Translations under genes and position numbers: made by a program
Shown here: positions 9,632 to 19,674 of the stretch, piece by piece
Position numbering within the stretch: position 1 is the first letter of the stretch
Layout of the letters: every line of letters begins with the position of its first letter
Notes under the pieces: generated by a model
Databases searched by the model: none
Told to the model about the DNA's origin: nothing
Seen by the model: only the letters and a program-made list of their open reading frames with translations
Virus record (IMG/VR): IMGVR_UViG_3300008108_007904
Source: a virus
Reading direction: 5' to 3' (one strand)
Length of the DNA: 64,000 nt

Positions 9632-10300
9632 TTACTTAGTTAAAAAGCTAAGAAATGACATAACTTGCTCTTTGAGGTATGCTTGTACATCTCTTGATGG
9701 TAAATTTTTAAGACTCTTTTCAAATCTTTCATATATTTCTTCTAATCTACCGTCATTGCGTAACACATACTGCTTACTTTCGAGAATACCGTTAACAAAT
9801 GCTTTTGGACAGCTAGGATCGGCAACACAATCAACAGCAATTAACCGCATATCATGTACTCTATTTATACCATTAGATTCCTCTGTTAATTGACCGAGTG
9901 CACGACTTGACATACCTACCTTAACACCGTCATTAATAAGAGAACGAACAATCTGACCTGTTGGTGTTGAAAGTACTGTTGATGTACCTATTACTGCTTT
10001 ACCTTCCCAATGTAAATCTGTTACAAGATGGCATGCGCGCTCAAGATCTACTTCTGCAGATGCAGGGTGGTTTAATTCACCGAGTGCGCGCTGTGTATTA
10101 ATAAGCTCTTCTGTATAGCGATTAACTTCACGTCTCATGTCATCATAAGTGTAGCAACGGCGATTTTTATTAACTGCTTCTGACTCCATATATACACCCT
10201 TTATCTTTAAAACTGAAGGTCCTTTTGAGTTTTTTTCCTCAATAATATATTCGAATTGATCGAGTGATGGAGGTGTTTCTACTAATAAGCGTAATGACAT
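9632..10300 (-). CDS. gp21: Prohead core protease
   Basis: NKNRRCY, ALGELNHP, GMSSRALG, DCVADPS. Confidence 0.95.
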   Translation of the reverse strand: MSLRLLVETPPSLDQFEYIIEEKNSKGPSVLKIKGVYMESEAVNKNRRCYTYDDMRREVNRYTEELINTQRALGELNHPASAEVDLERACHLVTDLHWEGKAVIGTSTVLSTPTGQIVRSLINDGVKVGMSSRALGQLTEESNGINRVHDMRLIAVDCVADPSCPKAFVNGILESKQYVLRNDGRLEEIYERFEKSLKNLPSRDVQAYLKEQVMSFLSFLTK

Positions 10301-10323
10301 AAAAATATTTATTAAATTTGGCT

Positions 10324-10785
10324 CTATTTATTTAATCCAAGCTCCTTTTCTGTCAAGATCCAAAAATTGAAATTTTTTTTCTTGCACCACTCGCGAGCTG
10401 CATCCCATTTTGCCATATTTTGTACATATCTTTGATTTTCGTAAATGACAGTAGTCTTTTTTTTCTTACCAGGCTTTGGTGGTAATACTTGTGAGATAGG
10501 TTTTATTTCTATTATATATCTCTTTATTTCACTGCCCTCTTTTAACGCTATAACACCATCTGTATAATAACGATGTACTTTTCTATCTAACGGATTAATA
10601 TAAGGTATAATAACAGATTCACTAGCCCACTCAACCACATTAACATTGTCGTCGCACCATCTAAAAAATTTTAATTCCCATCCAGATCTGTAAACTGGCT
10701 TACCTTTACCAATATACTTTGCAGGATTTTTTGGTGTAAAAATACCTTGACGGAATTTACTGTTTTTCTGCAGCGGTATAGCCAT
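10324..10785 (-). CDS. gp4: Head completion nuclease (TnsA-like)
   Basis: PKNPAKYIG, YRSGWE, WASE, HRYYTD, IEIKP, KWDAA, ILTEKEL. Confidence 0.9.
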   Translation of the reverse strand: MAIPLQKNSKFRQGIFTPKNPAKYIGKGKPVYRSGWELKFFRWCDDNVNVVEWASESVIIPYINPLDRKVHRYYTDGVIALKEGSEIKRYIIEIKPISQVLPPKPGKKKKTTVIYENQRYVQNMAKWDAAREWCKKKNFNFWILTEKELGLNK

Positions 10786-10792
10786 ACACTAA

Positions 10793-11872
10793 TTAACCTA
10801 AGAAAAACATCGGCGGATCCGCATCACCAAATCCCGGTGATGCACCTGTAAAGAGCTTATCTTCTAGATTCTTTTTCTCTTCTAACCCTTGTGAAAGAAT
10901 GTCATTGAAGTTAATAGAACCACCGCCAAACATAGTTACATTTTGATATTTACCACGGTTATTTCCAAGTGTAATTTTGCTTAAAGCGAGTGCGTATTGG
11001 TATACCCATGGTTCTTTTATTATATCGCGTAACGGTCTTTCAACGTTACATGCCACTACACCGTAAAACCTGCTACCAGACCCCGGTGTACGCGGTGGTG
11101 GATACATAACCATATACTGTGTACGCGGGTCAAACGTTAAGTGCCTCTTTGTTGCAAGTAGCTTCTCTCTTTGTTCTATCCAGTCTTTCAGGATATACCA
11201 ACTAATAAGATCAAAACCATAGTTACCCATTGCATAGCTAAAATATGTTTGTTGTGCAAGGGTTTGCTCGATTGTAAACAGGGTGTTTATACCCGTACTT
11301 GTACCTTCTTCAAAATCGACAATATCAATTACTTTTCTGTAATCCATAGTATCATAGTCAAAGCTGTTTACTATTTGCTGTTGCGAATTCTCTGATGGTT
11401 TAAAAGTATCAACTACAGTACTATTAAAATTAATGACGCTTAAAAAATCGCTTGTTGTGAGTATTTGGTTCGGGAATATACCATCAACATACACGCTTGA
11501 TAGTGTTGATGACGAAGCAAAATATGAAGCTGGTATAGCAGACGTCGCAACATAAACAGTATTTGAAGGCTTGGTGGTTTTGTTAAAATAAGGCGTAATA
11601 CTAAAGAGTTCGTCAAGCTTTACACCCTTACCGTCAATATATAAATCTGAATCAAATACAAGAAATTCTTCGGTGTAACCAGCGTATTTTGTAAATAGTT
11701 CGCAAGCGATCGATAAGTTTTCAAATAATTGATCATGATGTATCTCGACGTTTATCATTGGAGCACCAAGTGCACGTGATATTCTGTTACCTAATCTCTT
11801 AAAAGAATCAATTTTTGAGCTTAAGTTAGTACTCTGAAATGCAGTAATAGGTGTGATTGTGGAGCAATCCAT
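10793..11872 (-). CDS. gp13: Neck protein
   Basis: RALGAPMINVEI, WVYQYALAL..G..RGKY..V..GG motifs. Confidence 0.85.
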   Translation of the reverse strand: MDCSTITPITAFQSTNLSSKIDSFKRLGNRISRALGAPMINVEIHHDQLFENLSIACELFTKYAGYTEEFLVFDSDLYIDGKGVKLDELFSITPYFNKTTKPSNTVYVATSAIPASYFASSSTLSSVYVDGIFPNQILTTSDFLSVINFNSTVVDTFKPSENSQQQIVNSFDYDTMDYRKVIDIVDFEEGTSTGINTLFTIEQTLAQQTYFSYAMGNYGFDLISWYILKDWIEQREKLLATKRHLTFDPRTQYMVMYPPPRTPGSGSRFYGVVACNVERPLRDIIKEPWVYQYALALSKITLGNNRGKYQNVTMFGGGSINFNDILSQGLEEKKNLEDKLFTGASPGFGDADPPMFFLG

Positions 11873-11884
11873 ACTAGTTATTTA

Positions 11885-13663
11885 TTACGCGGGTGGTGGT
11901 GTAGCTCCTCCTCCGCCTGCTGCAGGTGGTGGTGCCTCCGCCCCAGGAGCCGTCTCTGCTGGCGGTGCTTCAGCTCCGGTCGGTGCTGGTCCAAATGCTG
12001 GCGGTGTACCTGATGGAGCGCCTCCTCCTGCTCCGCCTTCCGGTGCTTCACCTTGCGCCATCGCACCCATCTCTGCCCAGTTAGGCCCACCATTCGATAT
12101 TTGATCGAGCTCCCACATAAGTTCACGATCTTTTCTTAAAAATTCTCTATTCGCCATAACATCAGAATCAGTCCAGCCAAGATACCTCTTTTGTGCATAT
12201 GTCTTTGATACAAAGTCGCTCTGTGTTATTGCGTTAAAATTTTCTGCTTTTAATTGTAATTTTTGATTTTCGCGTAACTCGTAGAAATTTGTTGGTGGAT
12301 TAAATCTTAAGTCAATTTCCATCTCTGTTAAGTTTAATTCTTCCCAAAGACCTCTTAATTTTAAATGTGTTACAAAGCCGTTTTTTAATCCTTCTGCAAA
12401 ATGCTGTTGTTGTCTTATAATAAATCGTGCAAATTTTAATTCTTCACGAAGAATATCGAGACCGTCTTTAAACTGTTCTTCAGGGTTTAATCGCGAAGCA
12501 GGTACTTTAAGTGATTTGTAAAGTTTTTTAACAAAATACATTAAATCTGTTAATTCACCGAGATTAGCGCCGCCCGCAAGTTGTTGTACACTTGTGCCTT
12601 CTGATCCTTGTCGCTTTGCAAACCAAAAGCTATCGAGCATTGATTGGGGGTTAAATTTTTGTACTGTGGCGCCTTGGTTGGCATCGTAAGTGCGTTTCGA
12701 CCAATAATTTGACATTAATTTGCGAAGATATGCTTCAGCTTTAGCAGGAGGCATGTTGCCTACATCAACGTTAAAAACTAATCTCTCCGGTGCACGTACT
12801 AGGCGATATATGACAATCGAATCCTCAATTAAACTTAATTGTCTGTAAGCACGTCTCGCATTTTCAATAAACGGCAGTCTTAATGTCTTTGTTTCATTCC
12901 AAATTCCGGAATTTATATATGTAACTTGGTTAATATCAAGCGGTATTAATTCAGTTTTTGCAACCTTTCCAGGATTTTTAGAATCAAAAATAGGTTTACG
13001 AAGCAAGTAACCTTTCGCAACCATATTTTGTACATTTTCAAAAATCGGATCAACAATATCTGACGGTATCATCACAATGCCGAGTATACCTTCTTTTGTA
13101 TATTTTTTATGTACAATATGTTCAAAATAGATTTCTGCGTCTACTAAGAGTTGGCGTATATATTCCCAACCTTTATTCTCTAAGTCAAAATAGCCTATAT
13201 ATTTTTTAAATTCTTTTTTTACTTTGTTTTTCTGCTCTTCCGATATATCAGTATCTACGAAGCGTAATCTTACTATATCACCGTTTTCATCTTTGTTAAT
13301 AAATTCATCGCATATTTCATCAAGTGCATCAGCAACTTCCGAGAATGCTGCCATAACACGGTAATCCATGAGACGTCTGCCTTTATCCGGCTGGATATTA
13401 GCATACATGAAGTTATGATAATCTTTATTCTGTAAGATGGTAGCATAAGCATCATCAGTTACTGATATAGAAGAAGCTATCGATTGTCGTATTAACGCTT
13501 CTTGGCGATGTGTGCCTTTGTTGTAAAAAAGATCATATTTAGGGTTAAGCTGTTCGATTTTATCTGCAACACTTACCGACTGGTATGGTAATTTTGAAGA
13601 AATATACTTAACCAGATCACGTCCAAACGTGCTTTCTCTATTAGGGTCCGCTTGATCAGCCAT
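11885..13663 (-). CDS. gp20: Portal protein
   Basis: IEDSIVIYRLVRAPERLVFNVDVGNMP..KAE.Y, LYKSLKVPASRL, REELKF. Start set at ATG 13663 behind a late promoter. Confidence 0.97.
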   Translation of the reverse strand: MADQADPNRESTFGRDLVKYISSKLPYQSVSVADKIEQLNPKYDLFYNKGTHRQEALIRQSIASSISVTDDAYATILQNKDYHNFMYANIQPDKGRRLMDYRVMAAFSEVADALDEICDEFINKDENGDIVRLRFVDTDISEEQKNKVKKEFKKYIGYFDLENKGWEYIRQLLVDAEIYFEHIVHKKYTKEGILGIVMIPSDIVDPIFENVQNMVAKGYLLRKPIFDSKNPGKVAKTELIPLDINQVTYINSGIWNETKTLRLPFIENARRAYRQLSLIEDSIVIYRLVRAPERLVFNVDVGNMPPAKAEAYLRKLMSNYWSKRTYDANQGATVQKFNPQSMLDSFWFAKRQGSEGTSVQQLAGGANLGELTDLMYFVKKLYKSLKVPASRLNPEEQFKDGLDILREELKFARFIIRQQQHFAEGLKNGFVTHLKLRGLWEELNLTEMEIDLRFNPPTNFYELRENQKLQLKAENFNAITQSDFVSKTYAQKRYLGWTDSDVMANREFLRKDRELMWELDQISNGGPNWAEMGAMAQGEAPEGGAGGGAPSGTPPAFGPAPTGAEAPPAETAPGAEAPPPAAGGGGATPPPA

Positions 13664-13668
13664 AGGAG

Positions 13669-13676
13669 TATTTATA
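13669..13676 (-). promoter_or_regulatory. gp55-type late promoter
   Basis: TATAAATA, 5 nt before the portal ATG. Confidence 0.8.
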
Positions 13677-13699
13677 TTAGTATAATTATTTAACAAGCA

Positions 13700-15169
13700 C
13701 TACATCACTAATATTTGATTTGAATCAAGCTTTTCTCCCTGGATAAACGGTATACCGTCGAGTCTTTGTGACAGCGGTACATAACCTGCTGGTATGCCGC
13801 CGCTTGGTATAATGCGCGCGAATCCTAATATCGATATCCATTCTGTCTTACCGTCATAGATTTGGTAAATGTGCTTGTTTTGATATGTACTGTATTTTGG
13901 ATGTGTTGGAGGATATGGATTTGTAAATGGGGATTTACCACAAACAGCGTAGGGGTCTGTTGATATAAAATAATTACCTGTAACAGTGTTTTTCATTAAA
14001 AGTAAAGGCAGCGAATCCTTAACTGGTACAGGGTGAGAATATGCAACCGGTGAACCGGTTGGTGTTAATGTTAAAACAGGCTGACCGTTTATCGCAGTAC
14101 GATAAAGAGGCATTTTACCAGAAAAATCCTCTGTAAACTCAATCATACCTGAGTACGCATGTTGATTAAGTTTACTACATATATCAGAAACAGTAGCCAA
14201 CTTACCAAATACCGCATAACGTTTATATATAATACCGGTACCATACGGCATATTAATGCTATTAATTGACGGGGCAATTAATGACATATCTCTTACACCT
14301 CGATCCACAAATCCAAAGTTAACAGCCATACTCATACCAGCAGTACCCCAAACATGTGCGCAAGTTATAGAGTTAGGATCGCTTGGGTTTACTGTATGTG
14401 CACCCCACCCACCACTTCTCGATATAGCACCGCTCTGAAAGGTTTTATTATTAATCTTAAATGTAGATGTACCACCTATGCCCTCGATCATATTTGGAAA
14501 TTTGCTCGGTCTTACAGCCCACCATGGTGTCTCTGCAAAATTATAGTTTCTTTGACCGAAATTATAACAATAAAATGTCATCTCTAGAACACCGTTGCCT
14601 ATATCCCTATACCTTGAATAAAATAACACATCACCGCGATTGATATTTGGTTTAGGAACTAACCCCCAATTAATAATTGAATAACTTCTATCTGTTAAAT
14701 TAAAATTTTCTGCTAATATAGGATTATAAAATGGCTTATTATTGAGAGGATCCATTTGCGGTTTTATATACATGCCAGAGCCATGTATATAGCCATTTGC
14801 CCATGAGTCGTTTCCTATTTTCATTTCAGGATCATTATTAACTACATCAGCACTGTATACTGTAGTAGTCATGCAGTCGTCATTCCATGCTGAAAATGAT
14901 CTTTGAGGACATATTATTTGACCAAAATTGTCAATATCGATATAGTAAATGTGACCGCCTTTACCAATTCGTATTGTCCATCCTATATCATGTGTCGGAC
15001 CAGGGGTATGTGTTAATTGTGTGTGGTATACATCTTGTTCGGTGTAGGGTATTTGTAATGGAAAATCAGACCACTTAATTGTTCCGTTAGTTGCGGACCA
15101 TAATGATGTGTTAAATGATACAGTATTTTGCTTAGAAAAGGTTCCTGTATTATTTGATTGTAATTTCAT
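13700..15169 (-). CDS. Hypothetical 489-aa beta-rich protein (possible virion or carbohydrate-interacting protein)
   Basis: Long ORF inside the structural operon, rich in aromatic residues, G and N. No family recognised. Confidence 0.5.
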   Translation of the reverse strand: MKLQSNNTGTFSKQNTVSFNTSLWSATNGTIKWSDFPLQIPYTEQDVYHTQLTHTPGPTHDIGWTIRIGKGGHIYYIDIDNFGQIICPQRSFSAWNDDCMTTTVYSADVVNNDPEMKIGNDSWANGYIHGSGMYIKPQMDPLNNKPFYNPILAENFNLTDRSYSIINWGLVPKPNINRGDVLFYSRYRDIGNGVLEMTFYCYNFGQRNYNFAETPWWAVRPSKFPNMIEGIGGTSTFKINNKTFQSGAISRSGGWGAHTVNPSDPNSITCAHVWGTAGMSMAVNFGFVDRGVRDMSLIAPSINSINMPYGTGIIYKRYAVFGKLATVSDICSKLNQHAYSGMIEFTEDFSGKMPLYRTAINGQPVLTLTPTGSPVAYSHPVPVKDSLPLLLMKNTVTGNYFISTDPYAVCGKSPFTNPYPPTHPKYSTYQNKHIYQIYDGKTEWISILGFARIIPSGGIPAGYVPLSQRLDGIPFIQGEKLDSNQILVM

Positions 15170-15708
15170 ATATTGTTAAATGTGTTGAACAGTGATATTG
15201 GAAAATCAGTCGGGTCGTTTATATCTGTACCTGCAACTGTTTCATCATTATCCGTATAACCATCACCATCAGTATCATCGTTTGGTAGTAAAATAAAAGT
15301 TACTTCACCAGGATCAGGTGAAGGTGTTGGTGTTATTATTACCTCTTCTCCAGCACTGTATACTAGTATATTATTAATATCAGATAACTTGGTATACCCC
15401 GCCACATTTTCAAAAATAACATCAATGTAACCGCTGTCTATAAAATTAATAGTACTTAAATTTAAGCGAAGTGTATTTTTGTTTACTATTTCATACGATG
15501 AAATAGGTAGTAAATAACCTTCAAATGCAGGGCATATGGCAGATACACGTCTGATGTTTGTATGTCTGTCAACTGATGTAAGAGAAGGAAAACCTACACT
15601 ATACGAGCTTAAGAATAAATTTTGTAACCAATCATAATTATAACCTGCGTTAACTATTGTGACCGATTGTGCAGAACCATATACAGGTATTTCTTTTTCG
15701 TAGCTCAT
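15166..15708 (-). CDS. Putative virion protein with a C-terminal TSP3-like Ca-binding repeat
   Basis: PTPSP linker followed by DDTDGDGYTDNDETVAGTDINDP. Confidence 0.55.
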   Translation of the reverse strand: MSYEKEIPVYGSAQSVTIVNAGYNYDWLQNLFLSSYSVGFPSLTSVDRHTNIRRVSAICPAFEGYLLPISSYEIVNKNTLRLNLSTINFIDSGYIDVIFENVAGYTKLSDINNILVYSAGEEVIITPTPSPDPGEVTFILLPNDDTDGDGYTDNDETVAGTDINDPTDFPISLFNTFNNI

Positions 15709-15712
15709 ATTA

Positions 15713-16519
15713 TTACAAATCCTGATCAACTACCCGTGTTACTTGCGGGTACCCGTTTACAGTAACAACATCTTTATCATTTACTAGCATGGATGTAAGC
15801 GGGTATGCAAAGGTATCACCGCTTAAGTCTTCATACAGCGTTACATTACGTGAATTGTGGAAGTTGCTGTCAATGTAGAAAATATTGCCAATTGGATTGC
15901 TTGGTGCAGCGAATAACCATGCTTTAATTGTAAATGTTGTATCACCTATTACTTTATATTTTTCCGATGCATTTATGTCTGTAGGGTAGGTGAGATTCAT
16001 TGTGCCATCCCACAATACTTCGCTGCGTATTTCTTGCGGGACTTTAAATCCCGAGCTTACTACTGTATCTGGTGTTTTCCATGATATTACGATATAAGGA
16101 TTATTATAAGGTATAAAATTTGATAGTATTTGATCCATATCAGACTGATATCGTGTAACTATAGACATTGATATATTAATGTTTATCGGTACTGGCGTCC
16201 TGTAATGAACGGAATCACGCTGATGGTCACTGTCGAGTTCTCCATGCGTATAATAAAAGCCTTCGATTTTGTTAAATACTCTGCTTTCATCTCTCTGTAC
16301 GCTGTTAATAGAAACTGCAACGACAGGTATAGTTATATTTTGAGCTCTATTAACCAAATCAAACAAAACACGCTGTTTCGGCGAATACACATACCTCACA
16401 TGTACATTGGTTTCAGGTATTCTACTCTTGTTAAATCGTTTTATTACAATATCATCAAAGGCTGCAATAAATTGAGTTAGTACATCTTTTATTTCAAAGT
16501 GGTATGCCTGGCTTATCAC
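15713..16519 (-). CDS. gp15: Tail sheath stabiliser/terminator
   Basis: FIAAFDDIVIKR, YSPKQR, RDESR, PVPINI, DQILSNFIPY, FTIKAWLF. Confidence 0.85.
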   Translation of the reverse strand: MISQAYHFEIKDVLTQFIAAFDDIVIKRFNKSRIPETNVHVRYVYSPKQRVLFDLVNRAQNITIPVVAVSINSVQRDESRVFNKIEGFYYTHGELDSDHQRDSVHYRTPVPININISMSIVTRYQSDMDQILSNFIPYNNPYIVISWKTPDTVVSSGFKVPQEIRSEVLWDGTMNLTYPTDINASEKYKVIGDTTFTIKAWLFAAPSNPIGNIFYIDSNFHNSRNVTLYEDLSGDTFAYPLTSMLVNDKDVVTVNGYPQVTRVVDQDL

Positions 16520-16531
16520 AGTAATTATTTA

Positions 16532-18163
16532 TTACTGTATCCTATCTATAAAGTGCTTAGGTAGTTTGCTTCTCGATCTTTTAACAACATTAATAAAATT
16601 GCTGTCGAGTATATACGTCACAGAATAGTCGTCTTTGTTACGCGTTGCTCTACCCGCTGCTTGTACTGTAGCGCTAAGCATTTTGTTTTCGTACCAATCT
16701 TTATCAGTATCAAAGAGTTTTTTAATTCGCTTTGATGAAAGCGGTAAAAACGGTAATTTCACTATAATTTGAAACCGTGCAAGCTCATCTTTCAGATCTA
16801 CACCATATACTAGAGATGGTGAAACGAGAACCGTAGGATCCTGTGTTTCGCAGTGCTCTTTAAGAATATTCTCATTTGTTGCCGTTGCATCTCTAAACAA
16901 AAAACGTTTATTCTTACCTATTTTATCCTGTATAATATTTGCAATTTCTTGAGTGTGTGTGTGAATGATACCTTTTTCATTTTTATGGTGATTAACTATT
17001 TGCTCTATCTGTGTACATATTTTAGGTAAAACATTTTTTAATGTTTTATAATTAATTTTATTAGTTGATGAAACATATATAGGTGATTTAGATGGCTCAA
17101 AATCACTTTCACACTCTACATAACTGTAATCTGTAATACCTAGAGACTTAGCAAAATGTTCTGGATCAATAATGGTCGCTGACATAAGAACGATTTTATC
17201 AGCGAAATTAAAAATATATTTGGCGAGTGTATGTGCGTGTAACGGTGTAAAAGTAACACGTGTAGCACTTACGTCTATTATATATTCACATTCCGACCAC
17301 ATACTATCAATTGCTGTAAGCGAGTTATGTAAATTCTTTAAATACTGAAAACGTGCAATATCGCTTTTTGAGAGCATCTCTAGTTTCTTAGACCCAATCT
17401 GTGTTATACTCTCAATAGCTGTAGTTATTTTCTCAATGAGTTCGTATAGCCAAGCACGTGCTCGCGTATGATTATCACTCACTAACATTTTTACGCTTAT
17501 GTCATACTGCTTGAGTTTTTCATAATCTATTTCTGCAGAAAATTGTCTTACTAGCTCCTCCTCAAGTTCAGATGCTTCGTCACAAATTATAATATTTTTG
17601 CGCTTTACATGCTCAGGTAACGCTAAAAACATCTTGTAATTTAATACTGCAAACCTCGATAAAAGTGCATTATTTCTTGCTGTATAATACGCACATATGC
17701 CCTTCTCCCAGCATGACTCTTTTAACTTTGAAACAAATGTGCAAGGTGCAAAATCAACACTATAGCTGTCATCAAGATTGCATGTGTAATTCATCTTCCC
17801 TTTTAAAATATCACTTTTTACAAACAATGTATTATATTGATCTTGTAGTGTTTTAGTAATAGTAAGAGCAAATGCACCTGACGGTGGTTCATCATTACAC
17901 TCTTCACTATTAGTATAATTTCCTGTAAAGTCTTGCTTAAATGCTTCATATGACTGAATTAATCTGCGCTTCTCAGCAGAAGGCTCTGAAGAAAGACTTG
18001 CAAGTGTACGTGCAATAAGACTTTTACCTGATCCAGTCGGAGCACTACATATTACAAATTTGCTTTTAGTAAGACCATCTTCAATTTTCTCTAAAAGTGA
18101 AAGTTGCTTTTTTGTAGGTGTATATTCCTCTGGAAATAATGTCGCTAATTTTGGTATTTGCAC
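16532..18163 (-). CDS. DinG/XPD-family SF2 helicase
   Basis: APTGSGKS, DEA, MSAT, GVDL, QAAGR..R.KDDY, ILD, and four Cys after KGKMNY. Confidence 0.9.
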   Translation of the reverse strand: MQIPKLATLFPEEYTPTKKQLSLLEKIEDGLTKSKFVICSAPTGSGKSLIARTLASLSSEPSAEKRRLIQSYEAFKQDFTGNYTNSEECNDEPPSGAFALTITKTLQDQYNTLFVKSDILKGKMNYTCNLDDSYSVDFAPCTFVSKLKESCWEKGICAYYTARNNALLSRFAVLNYKMFLALPEHVKRKNIIICDEASELEEELVRQFSAEIDYEKLKQYDISVKMLVSDNHTRARAWLYELIEKITTAIESITQIGSKKLEMLSKSDIARFQYLKNLHNSLTAIDSMWSECEYIIDVSATRVTFTPLHAHTLAKYIFNFADKIVLMSATIIDPEHFAKSLGITDYSYVECESDFEPSKSPIYVSSTNKINYKTLKNVLPKICTQIEQIVNHHKNEKGIIHTHTQEIANIIQDKIGKNKRFLFRDATATNENILKEHCETQDPTVLVSPSLVYGVDLKDELARFQIIVKLPFLPLSSKRIKKLFDTDKDWYENKMLSATVQAAGRATRNKDDYSVTYILDSNFINVVKRSRSKLPKHFIDRIQ

Positions 18164-18169
18164 ACACAG

Positions 18170-18197
18170 ATTATAGCTGATTATTGTGTTAAAACAA
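18170..18197 (-). promoter_or_regulatory. sigma70-like promoter of the DinG-like gene
   Basis: TTGTTT-N16-TATAAT, 6 nt to GTG at 18163. Confidence 0.6.
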
Positions 18198-18525
18198 ATA
18201 ACTTTTTATTAAAAAGTTTTGAAGGTTTTTTGCCACTATGCTTTATAATATGTGTTGTAGTATCGAGATTTTTTTCACAAAAAGTGTTAACAGTATAATC
18301 AAAAATAACACCGCCTTTTGTTTTGTGTGCATTAAAGGGATACGGTATTTCGTAAATTACTTTTTTATTTTTCTGCATATCGTGAAAAGTAAATACACAG
18401 AAAAAATCACGCACTGAAAACAATATAAATTTACCGCTCTTTATCTTCTTATTTTCAAGCAAAAAATCAATATGAGTAAGAAGTAAGGGTTTAATTAAAT
18501 CTTCTATTTCTTCAGGAGACGTCAT
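18181..18525 (-). CDS. Hypothetical protein
   Basis: ORF coupled to the upstream gene by an ATGA overlap. Confidence 0.6.
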   Translation of the reverse strand: MTSPEEIEDLIKPLLLTHIDFLLENKKIKSGKFILFSVRDFFCVFTFHDMQKNKKVIYEIPYPFNAHKTKGGVIFDYTVNTFCEKNLDTTTHIIKHSGKKPSKLFNKKLFVLTQ

Positions 18526-18899
18526 GAGTTCATAAAATTTATCTTTTGCTGTGCAGAAAGCAAAGCGAGCTTTTCGTTAAAGAATTTCCAAAATTGTTGA
18601 TTTGCAGGTATTATTTGAATTAGTTCGCAGGCTGCCATATTTATACATCTATAATCCTGCATAAAAATATCCCATGTAATGAGTAGGTTTTTAGTGTTAG
18701 GATCAAAGTGAGGAGATGTAATTGCTCGTCTGTAGTTTAATGCAAGTCTACCTTCAGTGCTATTGAGTAGTTGAAGTGAATTAGTGCATAGCATTCTACG
18801 CGTTGTAGGTGCACCAAATTTTATTCTCCTCCTCGAGAATTTTATCTCCGCAACATTACTGAGTAGCAGATTTTTTAAGTTGGGCAGCGACACTTTCAT
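18522..18899 (-). CDS. WYL_2/SH3-like small protein
   Basis: IKF.R....RRMLCT...L..WD....YR pattern. Confidence 0.5.
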   Translation of the reverse strand: MKVSLPNLKNLLLSNVAEIKFSRRRIKFGAPTTRRMLCTNSLQLLNSTEGRLALNYRRAITSPHFDPNTKNLLITWDIFMQDYRCINMAACELIQIIPANQQFWKFFNEKLALLSAQQKINFMNS

Positions 18900-19305
18900 T
18901 ATCGTCAGACCTTACAGAGCATATACCAAAAATTCTTTGCTCGTTTAAGAATATGCCTTTTTTAAGTGTACCATATTCTTCAATATCAATATTAGCGACA
19001 GGTACCCCAAGATTATTCGGAAAACATACATAGTCACCCACCTTTGTAAATCGAACATTAGGACCTGCAAGTATAACTTCACCTATACGCCATGCTTTTG
19101 TATCAGCATTAATAGGTACATGTAGACCATTTCTTATAATAGTAGAGCCGTCGTCTGTTTCATCAGTGTATTTTACCAATAAAACATCATCGAGTACCAT
19201 CTTAAGGTTATAACCGTAAAAGACAGAATTAAATGAATTTTTTGGTAATTCTGAAAAATCAATAAGGCTTTTTTGTGTTGGTAAGGAGTCAATAGATGCA
19301 GTCAT
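18856..19305 (-). CDS. GroES-like co-chaperonin (gp31 analogue)
   Basis: DDVLLVK, GLHVP, GEVILAGP..V..TKVGDYV, FLNEQRIFG. Confidence 0.85.
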   Translation of the reverse strand: MTASIDSLPTQKSLIDFSELPKNSFNSVFYGYNLKMVLDDVLLVKYTDETDDGSTIIRNGLHVPINADTKAWRIGEVILAGPNVRFTKVGDYVCFPNNLGVPVANIDIEEYGTLKKGIFLNEQRIFGICSVRSDDNESVAAQLKKSATQ

Positions 19306-19317
19306 AGAATGACTTAT

Positions 19318-19674
19318 TCATGATTTTAATAAATCAATATAGTTTTTTATTTCCCGTACAGAAAGCTCCTTGTTTTTCGCGAGCAATAAAAAATTTGCAT
19401 CGTCTTCTTCTGTCTTTTTTTTCTTTATATATTCAATTTTCTTTTGTGTTACTTTAGGAAAAATGACACTCAAAAATTTATAACACTCTGCTTTATTGCT
19501 AAAGACTTGTGTATATTTGTTTGCGATATCGCAAGCTGAGATAGTACTCTTACCGTACATACTCAGCCACCTATTAATTAGGTATGGTGAAAACTGCTTC
19601 TCATCATCAACTGTAGAGAAGCAGTTTTCTTTTTTAGTAAAAAGAATATTTGAAATATAATCAAATATAGTCAC
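19318..19674 (-). CDS. gp62: Clamp loader small subunit
   Basis: IFDYISNILFTK, FSPYLINRWLS. Confidence 0.75.
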   Translation of the reverse strand: MTIFDYISNILFTKKENCFSTVDDEKQFSPYLINRWLSMYGKSTISACDIANKYTQVFSNKAECYKFLSVIFPKVTQKKIEYIKKKKTEEDDANFLLLAKNKELSVREIKNYIDLLKS

